Position numbers and translations under genes: made by a program
Part shown: piece by piece, positions 12,701-25,021 of the stretch
Layout: every line of letters starts with the position of its first letter
Numbering within the stretch: the stretch's first letter is position 1
Notes under the pieces: model-generated
The model's database searches: none
What the model saw: the letters and a program-made list of their open reading frames with translations, nothing else
Told to the model about the DNA's origin: nothing
DNA from: Mytilus californianus
Taxonomy: Eukaryota
Direction of reading: 5' to 3'
Assembly: GCF_021869535.1 (NCBI RefSeq)
Contig: NW_026262582.1
Location: 18,786,001 to 18,850,000, forward strand
DNA length: 64,000 nt

Positions 12701-15700
12701 ACTAGCGCCAGAAGGCGTTCATTTGTACGGACATTTTTCTTTGCTTTTTCACATTTCTTAACAAAAATCGTTCAGTTTTAGTTAAACTTTGTTGTAGATC
12801 ATTCAGCATAAGGAAATTATAGATTGATGAATCAGTTATATGCCAATCAAATTGTAACCAGATGCACATATTTTATTATTTAATATACTACTGTAATCTT
12901 ATGAAACATGTATTAATATATATATTCAAATATTATTACTCATATGGCTATAGACTAGAAACATTTGCACACTACACGTGGTTAAACCTTTATTTGACAG
13001 GCGAAGATCGGTGGTTATGCACTTTGCTTCTTCAAAAGGGATGGAAAATTGAATATTGCGCAGAATCAGATTCATACACATTTGCTCCAGAATCTTTTTA
13101 TGAGTTCTACAACCAACGTAGACGCTGGACTCCTTCAACTATGGCCAATATTTTAGAAATAATTCAAGATTGGAGAAATGTTACGAAGAACAACGAAAAT
13201 ATATCCTTCCTGTACATTGTCTATCAGGTGTTTTTGTTTGTTTCAACCGTTCTCACTCCTGGAACAATATTTATGATAATATTAGGAGCTCTTATTGTTG
13301 GATTTGATAGCATTCCACCATGGTTGGCACTGATTTTGAACCTAATTCCAGTAGTAGCGTTCATATTAATGTGTTTGTATACCTCAACTGAACGGCAGGT
13401 GTGTATGTTTGCTGTATTTAGCATAACACCTAATATTATGTTTATTTCGGCTTTTATTAAAAACAAAATGAAAATTCTGTTTCGCGTAGTTAATTTTAAG
13501 GCTATGGCCATAAAAGGTTTGATGTGTTAAATGCAAAAGCGATAGGTATAACTGAAAATGTAAAAATAAAACAAATACCGAATTCGAAAGAAAATTAAAA
13601 ACTGAAAGTCCCTTATTAAATGGCAAAATCAAAAGGTCGAACAAATCAAAACTTTTTATCTTTTACTCAATTGCTTTGTTCGGGTAATCAGTTCTCTTAT
13701 TAACCATAGGTCGTGTTTTACACACTTGGTGCTTGACGCTTTACAAAAACAAGTGCAAAACCCATTCGATGATGTTATAGAGGAACTATGGACGGACCCG
13801 TTGTCATTAATGTTTTTTGCAATCTGCGAGTTACAACAATCAAATCTTAATATGTGGCTTCATTTATTTTTGATGTTAAATATAAAAAAAAAAAGGGCGA
13901 AAGATATTTAAGATACATTCAAACTTATAAACCAAAAATAGGCTTACGTTAAAAAAAAGACCAACAGACAAACAATAGTAAACAAAACTAAAGACTGCAA
14001 TCAACATATAGAAAACATTTTAAGTGTTAAGTTTGATTCATATAAACAATTGAAATGGTTTGTCAAATACAGTTGATTCTCACAGGATTACCGCTTCACT
14101 AGATCTATAAGTAATATCATTACACATAACTCATCCTAGTAATATAAAGCAGAGGGATTTTACAAAATAATAATGTCGATTTCAGTATTTTCAAGAAATT
14201 CAATTTGTCTTTAGTTTATGACCAAATGTCTATACTAGCGATAATAGGTTATAATTTAAATGTTTGTCTTGTGTTGCACGCGAAGAGCAGCATTTCTTTC
14301 TTTTTAATGTGTATTATACTGAATGCTCTGTTAAAAGAAAAAAAGAGAAATGTTAACATAATTTTGAAGAAAGTTATGCTCAACAAACCCTAAGCCTGTT
14401 GAAACCTGTCTTACATGTTTTGATTTTAGTCGGTTTCACTTGGACTCGCACTAAAATATGACATTAATATAACATCGGTTTAAACTACTTTAATATTTTT
14501 CAGTTGCAAATGGCAGCCATTTTATCTTGCATATACGTTATTGTCATGGTTGTTGTTATGATCGGAGTTGTGCGAGACGCCATAGTTGAGGGTTTATGCT
14601 CAACGACCACTATTTTCATAATGTTTGTGGCTGGAGTTTTTGTAATTTCCGCTATTCTTCATCCTAAGGTAACATTCTAATCAACTTTCAGGACTTATTT
14701 TATGGACGGAACGTTATAAGCCTACCATGTACCGTTTTTAGAATTAATTTAGTTATAATAAAACTTTTAAAAAACGAAATATTTGAGAATACTTAACGGT
14801 TTTGCAGTACACTAGTGCTCTATGTTTGAAATCTGCATCTGTATATCATAAAAAATATGACCGAGTGTAAAACATACGGGCGAAAAACCATTCCAACAAT
14901 TAATCATTATATTGCCAAAATTATTATTATACAAGCATAAATTTAAAACAAAACAATAACATGGCGTGCCAAAGTAGTTATTTTCACACAAGGTTTAATA
15001 CAAAATTGGGGAGTCAGTAAAAAATGACAAAACCAAACACTCCACTATATAAACCAAGGAAACGACTGAATAAGAACTATTAAATTTCTGACTTGATAAT
15101 GTTGGTACATGTTTGGTATGATAAATATATTGCAAGTTATCATACAACAAATTTACATAATTATGTTAAATTTCGTTCATCTAAGCTCTTTTCATGATTT
15201 GTCTTCATCAAGAGCGCTCAAATATAAACATTTGAGATCCAGGATTGCATTAAAACGTTGAAACAAACGTTTACATGATGTTACACAGTGTGATAGACAT
15301 TTTGTCTGCTTTTAGTAGTCACCTGATCAAATTCTGATGACAAAGATCAATCATTGATTATGAAACTGTACATGTGGTAAGGATGTAAACAAAATTCACT
15401 AGCTACACTGATTTCTGACATGGAGAATGTAATAAAACTACTCCATTAATTGTTTTTAACCGATTCACACTTTCGTTTCACGGTATCCCAATCGTTGATT
15501 TTACTTACAAACGACTGTATACTTTTGTTAATCGTTGTAGGAGATCCTCTGCTTACTCCCTGGAATACTTTATTTTTTGGCTATACCCTCAATGTCTATG
15601 TTGATGTTTTTATATTCAATTGGTAATCTTCATGTCACATCATGGGGTACAAGAGATACCAACACAAAAAAGGAGTCCGACAATAAGTCAAAAACGGAGA

Positions 15701-17889
15701 AGATAAATGAGAAAGAGGCCACGGAACATCTTTGTTCAATAGGAAAGTTTGTTTGGTAAGTCCATACTTTTATTTTGATGTTTTTCCTCGTAGATGACAA
15801 TGATCTCGTCAAAATTTTGTGATTTTTGAATCATAAAACCTAGCTTGTTAGATAATCGTTTGCTTGTTCTGCTCAATACCGTTGTTAGCCAAATATACAA
15901 ACTTTTATAGATTGCTGTTCGGTGTGAACCAAGACTCCGTGTTGAAGGCTGTACTTTGACGTATAATGGTTTACTTTTTACAAATTGTGACTTGGATGGA
16001 GAGCTGTCTCATTGGCACTAATGCCACTTCTTCCTTTATCTTAATAACATTTTGTCGGCTTCTTTATTTCACTAAACAGGAGCAAGTAATTTTTTCAAAG
16101 TAAATTATATATTTTCCGTTAAGTTAACAAACACATTTGTTTGGTACAACTATACTTTGAATAGTAAGGTACGCTATGTTTTGCTGGTGGCAAGATATCA
16201 AGAACGTTTCACTTACAGATCATTTTAGTGAAAAATAACACTGAGTTACAGGCTCCTTACTTGGAATATGTTTATACAGAATGTTGCTTTGGATTGTTGT
16301 AACGTTTTAAAGGAGTACACGTGCATTCATAAATGTAACATTTAATTGAAGCAGAAAAAAAAGACAAAGAACAGAGCAAAAACATAAAACTGAGCTACAC
16401 GAATTACAAACCCGGTTATTTTACAGATTAAGATTGTTAAGGCATATCTTATATTTTACAGTTGTGCAATGTCTACTTCGAAAGATCACACAACAGATAA
16501 ACGTTCGAATAAAGACCAAGATCAAAGTATGTATAACAGATGTATAAATAAACCGAACAATACATCTTAAATCAATATCGATCGTAAAAATATATTTTCC
16601 ACAAATAAATCATCACAAAAATTGTGCCACAATATAAATATATGGAGATGTGGTATTATTGCCTCATAAGAAAACTATCTACTAAAATTCAAATGGAGTG
16701 GATATAAGCAATTAAAGGCAACGTGAAGGACTTCAACAATGAGAAAACCCAATGCCGTATAGTCGGCTATAATAGGCCCCGACACAAAACTTATGAAATT
16801 ATTTAGACATATAAGTACTATTGGTAAGATATAATAGTTGATTGAATTTTTTTTATGGTTCTAATCTGTTTGAATCTACTATTGTTTTGTGCATATCTTT
16901 CCTTTTGCAACATAACATGAGAGTTACCACGAAACAAGTTTAAAATGATGTAACGCTGTATTAATACATGTTTTTCTAATCTTTTACAATATGGAATAGA
17001 AGTTGAAGCCAACAATGAAAAGTCAACTATAAATGATGAAAGGCAAGAGAAGATAGATGTTGAAGACGATGACAGTCAAGATAAAGATATGACTCGTTTC
17101 ACCGTCGATGAAAGTGTCCCGAATATAAGCAAAAAGGAAACAACATTTTGGGAGGAAAAGATAGAGAGTTATTTAAAACCACATGATAAGATGGATCGGT
17201 TTACGATTGCACGAGAGAAAAAACTGAAAACCGAATTAGTTGAATTAAGGAATAGCGTTTGCTTATTTGTTTATCTTTTGAATGCCATTCTTGTAACAGT
17301 AATGTTTGGGCTTACACAAGTAAACGCTTTCAAAAACTCTCTAACAGCTGGATTTGACTGCGGTGGCGAAAATATTTCGATTGTTCCTATAGCAATATTA
17401 TTCAGTGCAGTATTTGGAATTCTTCTTTTAATACAGTTCTTATGTATGCTGTACCATAGATTTTCCACGCTTGTTCATATCACTGCCAATACTGACTTAC
17501 GTAACACAGAAGATGAATATAGTGCTGAAATATTAAAGAAAATTGTAGCGGATGCTGTAGAACGGAACAGGGATCAACCCGAAGACGGAACGGACACGGA
17601 CATGAATAGATCTGTTATCAAAGCTAAGGAAAAGCATTATAAGAATTTTAAAGATTTGATGATGAAAAATCAACCGAAACTACGATCAATGATCAAAGGA
17701 TCGCTTTACTTAAAGAATTTGTCAATGCAGAAGAAAGTAACAGACAAATGGCAATCTTTTTTGAAGAAACAGAATAAACCAGAACCAAAATTATTAAACG
17801 TTATAGACAAAATAAAGAGAAGTAAAATTGGTCCGGCGCCCACGAATGACTCTCAAGCGTCCAGTACTAACACCGACAGCAATGTTTGA
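732..17889 (+). CDS. CHS: Chitin synthase (GT2, metazoan type), paralogue A; 5' exons lie upstream of the window
   Basis: Exons joined in frame via GT-AG: 732-838, 3399-3475, 7492-7603, 9880-10033, 11230-11464, 12228-12428, 13001-13398, 14504-14668, 15541-15755, 16462-16526, 17000-17889 (2619 nt, 872 aa + stop). Motifs: CATMWHE, HVFFDDAF, TPYGSRIEW, RNKKRWSQ, LALDGDVDF, GRIHP, QQFEYAISHW, SPGCFSLFR, YDQGEDRW, QRRRW, SWGTRD, then coiled coil and terminal TM helices. Confidence 0.95.
3700..5790 (+). mobile_element. 5'-truncated, degenerate Tx1/L1-like non-LTR retrotransposon in an intron of gene A
   Basis: Broken-frame RT remnants: NFPPITMLNT..QNGYVKNRY..QIQDFIHYAEN..DGAILFI (3780-4034), IRQGCPLSA (about 4167-4193), SQLGNDTTLFL (degenerate ADD motif), KSLGIYFG, FLWEGG..KGGLKMTDI, and a zf-RVT-like NLYHWKVVDNENGELCF..HFFFECTW (5330-5450). 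A-rich tail near 5780-5810. Confidence 0.85.
8553..9490. mobile_element. Composite interspersed repeat: about 281-bp tandem-duplicated module followed by a hammerhead-family repeat
   Basis: CCATTTTCCTGACTTGGTACAGGACATTTT recurs at 8734 and 9015. The head (GGCAACAGTAGTATAC...GGGAAACACATCAA) recurs at about 34530-34640 (+) and 42370-42540 (-). 9214-9490 is colinear with 33018-33250. Confidence 0.75.
9236..9281 (-). ncRNA. Degenerate (probably inactive) minimal type I hammerhead ribozyme
   Basis: Minus strand GAGCGTCA-CTGGTTA-GTCTTGTGTGGCC-GAAA-CGCGCG-TC-TTGCGT. Same frame as the intact copy at 33040, but the core is CTGGTTA and stem II is disrupted. Confidence 0.6.
9620..9711 (+). repeat. Inverted partial copy of the hammerhead-family repeat
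   Basis: Approximate reverse complement of 9270-9350. Ends in GAGCGTCACTGATGA (9697-9711) with no stem II-GAAA following. Confidence 0.65.
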
Positions 17890-18126
17890 ACATAGGGTAG
17901 TAAAATGAAACAAACAAGTTGTAGATAATATTTTTTAGTTAATTCAAGTTGTAACAAATGAATTTTCCTCGGAGTTCAGTATTTTTGTGATTTAACTTTT
18001 TATGATACAAATGCAAAAAGGTAAAAGTAAAAAAAATGTTAAAAATGGCTGATTAGAGATTTTTACCTCCACTTGTTTTTTGTTGTGTTTTATATTTGTG
18101 GAGTTGGGATACAGATTCAATGAACC

Positions 18127-18732
18127 TTATCCCCGGCTAAGTATATTTCTAGGATTTTGATTGGTTAATGCACGTCGTTACAAAACCCATAGCCCCTGAG
18201 TGTTGCTAACCCATATACACGGAAGTTGCTACCAATTACAACGGGAAACAACACGCGCGTTTTCCTTAGTTCCATGGTTGTTCCTTGTGAAATATCGAAT
18301 TCTGTAGATTATCTATGATGTCTGTAATTAAATGTTTAATCAACTAACTATTTTATCTTATTATGTTGATCATTTGCACTCTTTTTAGTAAATGCATTAG
18401 TTGGCTGCCACATTGTCAATGAATGGTACTACTGACCTATGTAGGCAATGGACCCACGTCGACGTCACATCGTCTATGATGTAACTCTCACAACATTGAG
18501 CGCCAAATTTGACCCATTCCCGTTTCTCTGTCTCTGGATTAAAAACGTCTTATTTTTGACTACTTGTAGAGTTCTACCAAAGGTAGTACCCTACAACCCG
18601 TTAAACATGTGTCAAATTCCCAAATTACAATAAAAGATTTTTAAGAAATGAAAAAAAAACGTTGCTTTCACGTTACATTTTGTGGTTGAATTTCTCCAAA
18701 AATCGCAAGATTTGGACTAAGACCGGGGATAA
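18127..18732. mobile_element. Candidate MITE (about 606 bp) with TTATC termini
   Basis: TTATCCCCGG (18127-18136) and its exact reverse complement CCGGGGATAA (18723-18732), with weaker pairing continuing inward. No TSD seen. Confidence 0.5.
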
Positions 18733-18736
18733 ATTC

Positions 18737-18849
18737 GTTATCTACGTTCATATCCGTAGATATGGATATTTTAACACCCTTCAGTACCATGTACTTGGAT
18801 ACTTCAGGGTGTTAAAATATCCATATCTACGGATATGAACGTAGATAAC
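18737..18849. repeat. Perfect 44-bp inverted repeat with 25-nt spacer
   Basis: 18737-18780 GTTATCTACGTTCATATCCGTAGATATGGATATTTTAACACCCT is the exact reverse complement of 18806-18849. Confidence 0.95.
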
Positions 18850-19035
18850 TTATAATATCTTTTTATTCATTTATTCATACAGCTGTAGTTAGACATTTTT
18901 GTTGTTTTACAAGTTTTTTTTTTATTTATAGATTTAAGTTTATATTTTATTGATTTATTTTGAAACAGTATTAAAACGTGTACTTAATAATAAATATTAA
19001 TATTTCATTATTGGTGGTTTATTCTGATAATTGTA

Positions 19036-19079
19036 TATTGCTTTCAAATAAAGGTTACTCATTTTGATTTAAGTGACCG
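19036..19079 (+). terminator. Probable poly(A) signal region of gene A
   Basis: AATAAA at 19047-19052 inside a 44-nt block homologous to 52488-52531 (31/44) and 55769-55812 (36/44). Confidence 0.55.
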
Positions 19080-22000
19080 AAAGTTTTTATTTTCAGATTA
19101 ACAAAAAAATCCTTGTGTTTCTTTCAAAGTTGTTAATCGATAAGTCTCCCAAAAATAATCTGTGGTAGTTACACAAAAATGTTAGATCGGTCGAGGATTG
19201 TAACACAGATTACAAGCTTCAATGAAAAAAGTCAAACAATATTTAAGTGCAAAACAAAACCTCAATCAAATCTGTATAAATACAACATATCATGCATTTG
19301 ATTTTTACATGTTTTTTTTTTTTCTTGATTATCGAATTGATAGATCATCGTCGTATTTCTATTTGAAATTAGTACCATGACAGGTACCGCATGTGGACCA
19401 GGAACTGATTACCTATTGCTGACATACCACTTAATCCCAGGTGTCTTGTGTTGCTAAATATGTGTAGTATTTTGTTATTGTTATTTGTCCTGTTCGTCGT
19501 GTTCCTTTGGCTAAAGTGTTAATACATTTGTACCTGTTTTTATTGGATTTAAATTTTGTTGAGACGGTAAAGTAAAATAGGATAGGATTGCGATTTTAAC
19601 CAGCGAAAAATATTCGATGTAATGTTTTGACACACCTAGTCCCAAAAGTTTTCCAAACCAATTGATTATAGTGAACATGTCGTTGGTGAATTTGGCTGAG
19701 TAATCAATATTATATAGGTTATATAAATAATGGATACGTAGTAGCCGTTGCTTAAATGATGAAGATAAATCTTGGGTAAGACTGATAAAAAAAGAATTGC
19801 AAATTACAGATTTTTCCAGTTTTCTGATTTAAACAAAGGCTTGAAATTTGTATTTGCTGCTTTTTTACCTAGCATACGGGTTTTATGTGTAAGAGTAAAA
19901 TCTATAGTCCTCTTCATACTACCATATGCTAATACACGTTATTATGTGACACGTTTGAGATACTGTCATTTCCCTTATACCACAAATTGATCTTTAACTG
20001 TACAGAAACATGATATAACACGGACTTTGACATAGTGTTTTTAATGTGCTAAGCGAATGGTAACACTATAATAAGAAAGTATCAAATCTTAGAAATAAAA
20101 TAACCAATCATGTTCGTGTTACACGATTTAACCAAAACCCATATTATATGTATAATATACTAAACCGTATATTTGAATTACACAAACAATGAACTGATAA
20201 AATGTGAAGGGCAGAATTTTGGTCGAATGATTTTTGTTTCAATTATTTAGTTTTGATATAAAGCGCAAGTCTTGCTAAAGGATGAAACGACGTATAATTT
20301 ATAAGTAATTATATTTAGAAAACATTTAGAATAATGTGAATACATTTGTTGTGCTTTTTTTGTTTGTTAATTTTTTATTGAGAGATGTAAAGGAAAGATA
20401 TTGTTCCCACTTTTTTCAATTCAAACCAGGAAGTTTAGGTAGTACGAGTATAATAAGGTCGTTTCAATGATATCAATTATATAGTATCGCTTACTTCTTT
20501 ACCAAAGTAAACTAATGACGCGTGGTTTGTCTTTTAATAAAACGCATTTGAACATATGAAAATCAAACAAATGATAATTATATACATTTTTTATGATGTA
20601 CAAAGATCACTCAAAGTTAATCCCATTACAGTTTACAATAGAAGAATAAAGGTTGTTAAAACCCCAAATAACTAATCCAGAATTTAAATTGGAAGATTCA
20701 AAACAGATAAAGATAAAGCAAAGTCCACTTTTTATCATACCTACTAAAGGCAACTGTGTACCTAAAACATCGGAAACAAGACGAAAAGATTGATAAACGG
20801 AAAACGGACTGATGTCGGTTATTTCGGATTTTAAGGTATATGCTAGTATATGTTCTTGGATTTGCGTCAAACAGTGCTGTTGGTAATGTAATGTTTGAAT
20901 TTTCCAAAAAATGGCAAAATAAGATTAATATGTTTAAGACATATCTCCAAATTCTACTACTCTACAATTCGTTGCCTTATTGTGTGTTTTATCTTTACGG
21001 TTTGTGGCAAATTCATGATCTTGTTTGTTCGTTTTAAGACTTGCAGTACGTATACCAAATTTAGGCTATATGAAACAAACAAAGACTTCTTATTTTATGT
21101 TTTGTTTCTAAAGCGGTAAATTTTAGTCATCGATGTTAGCTATATATATATAGTTATCAAGTTTCTCTACTATATTGATACTTAATATAATACATGTAGG
21201 CTGTTTTTCTTTCCACCATTTTAATCTTTTAAAAACAATTTTTTTAAAGTTGACCTTAAAAATTAACAGCGCCATATTTTCGTAGTGTTAAATATTTCGA
21301 CTCCAGAATACCTGTTGTAGCCCGTTAATTTACCGATTGTGTTCTTTTTCAAATCGTGACATGCTGGCGAGTTATGCGTACATGGCAGTCGATGCTTTCT
21401 GTGTTGATCCCAAATCTTTTCAAGGCAGATGTGTGGTATGTAATCAAACGCTTTAACTAAAAGTATTCTGGTTCATTGTTGTCTAAGTATTTGGCTATAC
21501 CCTCAATGTTTGTTCCTTACTGAAATGTGTTTGATCGTTTGTCATTATAGCAAATGAGACAAATGATGTGGATGTAAGCAACTTGATTTATGACAATCAA
21601 ATAGATGAAAAACAAATATGACAGTCAGCAACCATTGACAACTACTGACTTCAAGGGTCTTGTCATTGGACAGGCGACACACATATAATGCAGCAGGACT
21701 AATTCTTTCTGTCAGGTCTCAACATTCCCCTTACATTCAAAAGCGATTGAACAGTGTTATCACATCATCAGAACAATGTGTACAAATCACTTAAAAATGG
21801 TTGGCTCAAAACACAAGGAACAACTAATATAACGGTATTTTATGCTCATATGCACCACAATTGTTTTCAAATGTAAAAAAAATAGGGCTGTGCGGCATAT
21901 TTTCAACATTTATATGCCCCGAACCTTTAAAAGTTTAAACTTATACTAACATTCTGTACTACCCTTCCCTTCAATTCGGGTCTTCCTTAGAATTCAAGGC

Positions 22001-22315
22001 GGTCGCTATTTATGTTTATTTATACTGATAACATTTACATAGTGCAACCTATATTCAACGATCCAATGAACTTTTCTTTTTATGTTTTTGTTTTGAAAGG
22101 CAAGGAACAAGTTACATTAAGGTGAGATTGATTGAAACTGTATACTTATATCTTCCTAAAGAGAATTTCATGAAACCAAATTTAGGTTCCGGAAAGGACG
22201 ATTTGTCAATGCATTTTCCATTTCAAAATATAATATAATAACGAATTGAAATATACTCCTGTCTTATAAATTGAATATGCGAATGTAAAAACAGATACAC
22301 ACTAGCATGTCTAGT

Positions 22316-22600
22316 GAAAAGTAAAATACCAAAAATTCCCGAACTCGGAGGAAAATTCAAAACGGAAAGTCCGTAATCAGAAGGCAAAATCAAAAGCTCA
22401 AACACAACAATCGAATGGATATCAACTGTCATGTTCCTGACTTGGTACAGGAATTTCCTTATGTAGAAAATGGTGGATTAAACCTGGTTTTATAGCTAGC
22501 TAAACCGCTCAGTTGTATGATAGTTGCAAAAAAATCCATTATATTGGCAATGATATATGAACAAAACAAACAGATATAAGAGATTAAAAATGTCAAAAAA
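22316..22600 (+). mobile_element. Dispersed non-autonomous repeat family (GAACTCCGAGGAAAATTCAAAACGGAAAGTCC... type)
   Basis: Related copies at about 13555-13650 (+), 35810-36010 (+), 17960-18000 (-), 30905-31015 (-) and 40690-40820 (-). Confidence 0.65.
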
Positions 22601-25021
22601 CATGACATTATTCATTGTTATTGTGTTTATTTGAAAATGATATGATCAACGATACCACTTTTATTATTAATTCAGTTAAAAGTTAAAAGTTCACTAATTT
22701 CGAATAGAGAAAATAAAAGCATGTTATAGAAACACGGTAACTAAGCATTTAACTATCAAATTCCTTGATAAATCAGAACATATGATATTGTGATATAGTT
22801 TTTGTCGCTCTCTTTTTGGCAACATTTAATGGAAGATTGTCAGAATATACATGTAAGTACAGAATTTAAACAATGTAAGAATTACAGATTCGCCAAAAAT
22901 TCATAAACATACAATTGAAAAGTCCTTAACTTTTTAACTGATGTTAATTTGATTGTACACTTTTTTAGTATAAATTAATATTTTAAGAATAAAAAATAGA
23001 CAGGTTGTCGTAATCATAAAACCAAATTTCAGAAACTAAAGTAGAATATGAAATATGTAACAGTTACATGTGTTTACTTATTTGTAACAAAATTTCTCGA
23101 AAGAAAAAAAGAAGATTAGAATAGATAATAGATCATTTATAAAAAAAAAACATATGTACTATGTTTAGTGACCTGATCCACCTGGCCTACTCGGTTTATA
23201 AAATATAGCTTTAATTGATGATTTGTGTTTTTCCTTTTCGGATTTTATATTTTGACATGGTACATTTATGTAGTACATTTTTAGGGCTAGTTTAAGACGA
23301 AATGTATGTTGAAATGGCATAAGATTTGCTTGTTCGATGAGGCGTGAGTCGTAAAGCTGTTCAAAGATAAGTAATTAGATTGATTTGAAAGTAATGTATT
23401 TCGTCATTATTTACATGTACGGAATGTGAAAAATAGCTGATATCCATGAAGCACATATCATGTAGTGCGTTATACATGTTATATGTGTTTAAGCCTTAAA
23501 TCCGCGACTAAGAATGATGAAATGACTATTGGATACGATATCTTTATTATAATGTTGAAAGTCGGATTATCTAGGTAGCTTATAGGAATGTAAAATGAGG
23601 TGATTCCACAGAGGAAAGGAGTACAAACCGCGCTAAGGGATGAACACATTTGCTTCAGCTGAATTGCACATCTAGCATTGTGTTGACCAATTTAAGACGA
23701 AGTAAACGTAATGTATTAAGTTAGGAATATAATTATATATTTCAATAATTTAGTCGAGCACTTGATTCATCAGATTCCATGGACTTCCTTCGTTTGCAGT
23801 TTACATTCGAGTTAGGTATTGTTGTTAATTTAGTTGAAACAGTGGCAAAACAGATTTTTAAAGGGAAGAGAGTATGTACATGTAAGTTGGTGAAAAAACT
23901 TAAGGTAAAGATGTATTCACAATTTCTTCCTAATCAACTTTCCGTCATAAATAAATGCATTAAAGGGTGCACCCAAAAAGAGCCTGAAGGATATTTGCTC
24001 CTCTTGTTTTTTTTTTTTTTTTATTTTTGCCAGATATCCTCTGGTTGTATCCAATGTGGTGCCATTAAAAATTTTGCTGATTAACCCCTACTTTTCTTTC
24101 CATAAATTCATTACACATAGTTTAAAATGTCATCGTTGAAAATCTAAAAAAAAATCCTTGTTATTTTTCCATCGTTTTGAAAGAAAAAGGGTGCCAATGT
24201 TAAATGTATGAAGAATCTGGATAGAATTATTTCCCGCTAAATTTTCAATGGCTTATATCTCGAAAACAAGCACTCGTACCTGTAATTTTTCCTTCTTTTT
24301 TAGTTTCTTTATATATATATGACATCAATTTATAACAGTCTTTTAAAAAGCTTGTTATTTTAAAACAGAGTAACGGATATTTTTAACGACAATTAGAAGC
24401 ATTATAAAGTCAAGTGGTATTTCTTCTATCTTAACCACCTGTAATAAAAACCAATAGCATTTTTGTAATTAATTAACAACAATTGTAAACACTATCTGTC
24501 ATGCATGTCCATTACATTGTCATATGAGTAAAATGAATAAAGTCTTTCTTATTGTATTACTTATCTATCAAATTGACAATCGAAAACCATTTAAACTAAT
24601 ATCTAAACAAATATTTGTAATATTTCCAACGAAATTTCAAATTAAGTTTACAAGGGTCAACAAAATGCCGTTAGTCACATACCATTCTAGTTTGTGTTAG
24701 TCTTATTTAACAATATTTACGTTTTTATTTTTTATTGCTGTTACACTGAAATCAAAGATTCGCCGAATACCATATAATTTATATGAAATATGAAAATTAC
24801 ATTCAAAAGTAAATACTTTTAAAGTATAACAGGAAAGGTGTAATAAAAGTGTAAAAGAACTGTAGATTGTTTTGCTGACAATTCCGATGACTGTAAGAAC
24901 TTTCACATTGGTTTATGTATGATCTTGCATGTTGCTCTTTGTATTATTATAACATCAATATGATAATTTAAAATTGACAGCACATATATATGGTTTTCAG
25001 TATAGATCTGATTTTGACATC

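Noticed and set aside
15334-15366. CTGATGA...GAAA spacing here and at about 49112-49137
   Set aside because: No stem II closing pair and no NUH-bearing stem III.
23960-24360. TTAA-AGGGTGCAC left end resembling the 50064 MITE class
   Set aside because: No matching right end found.
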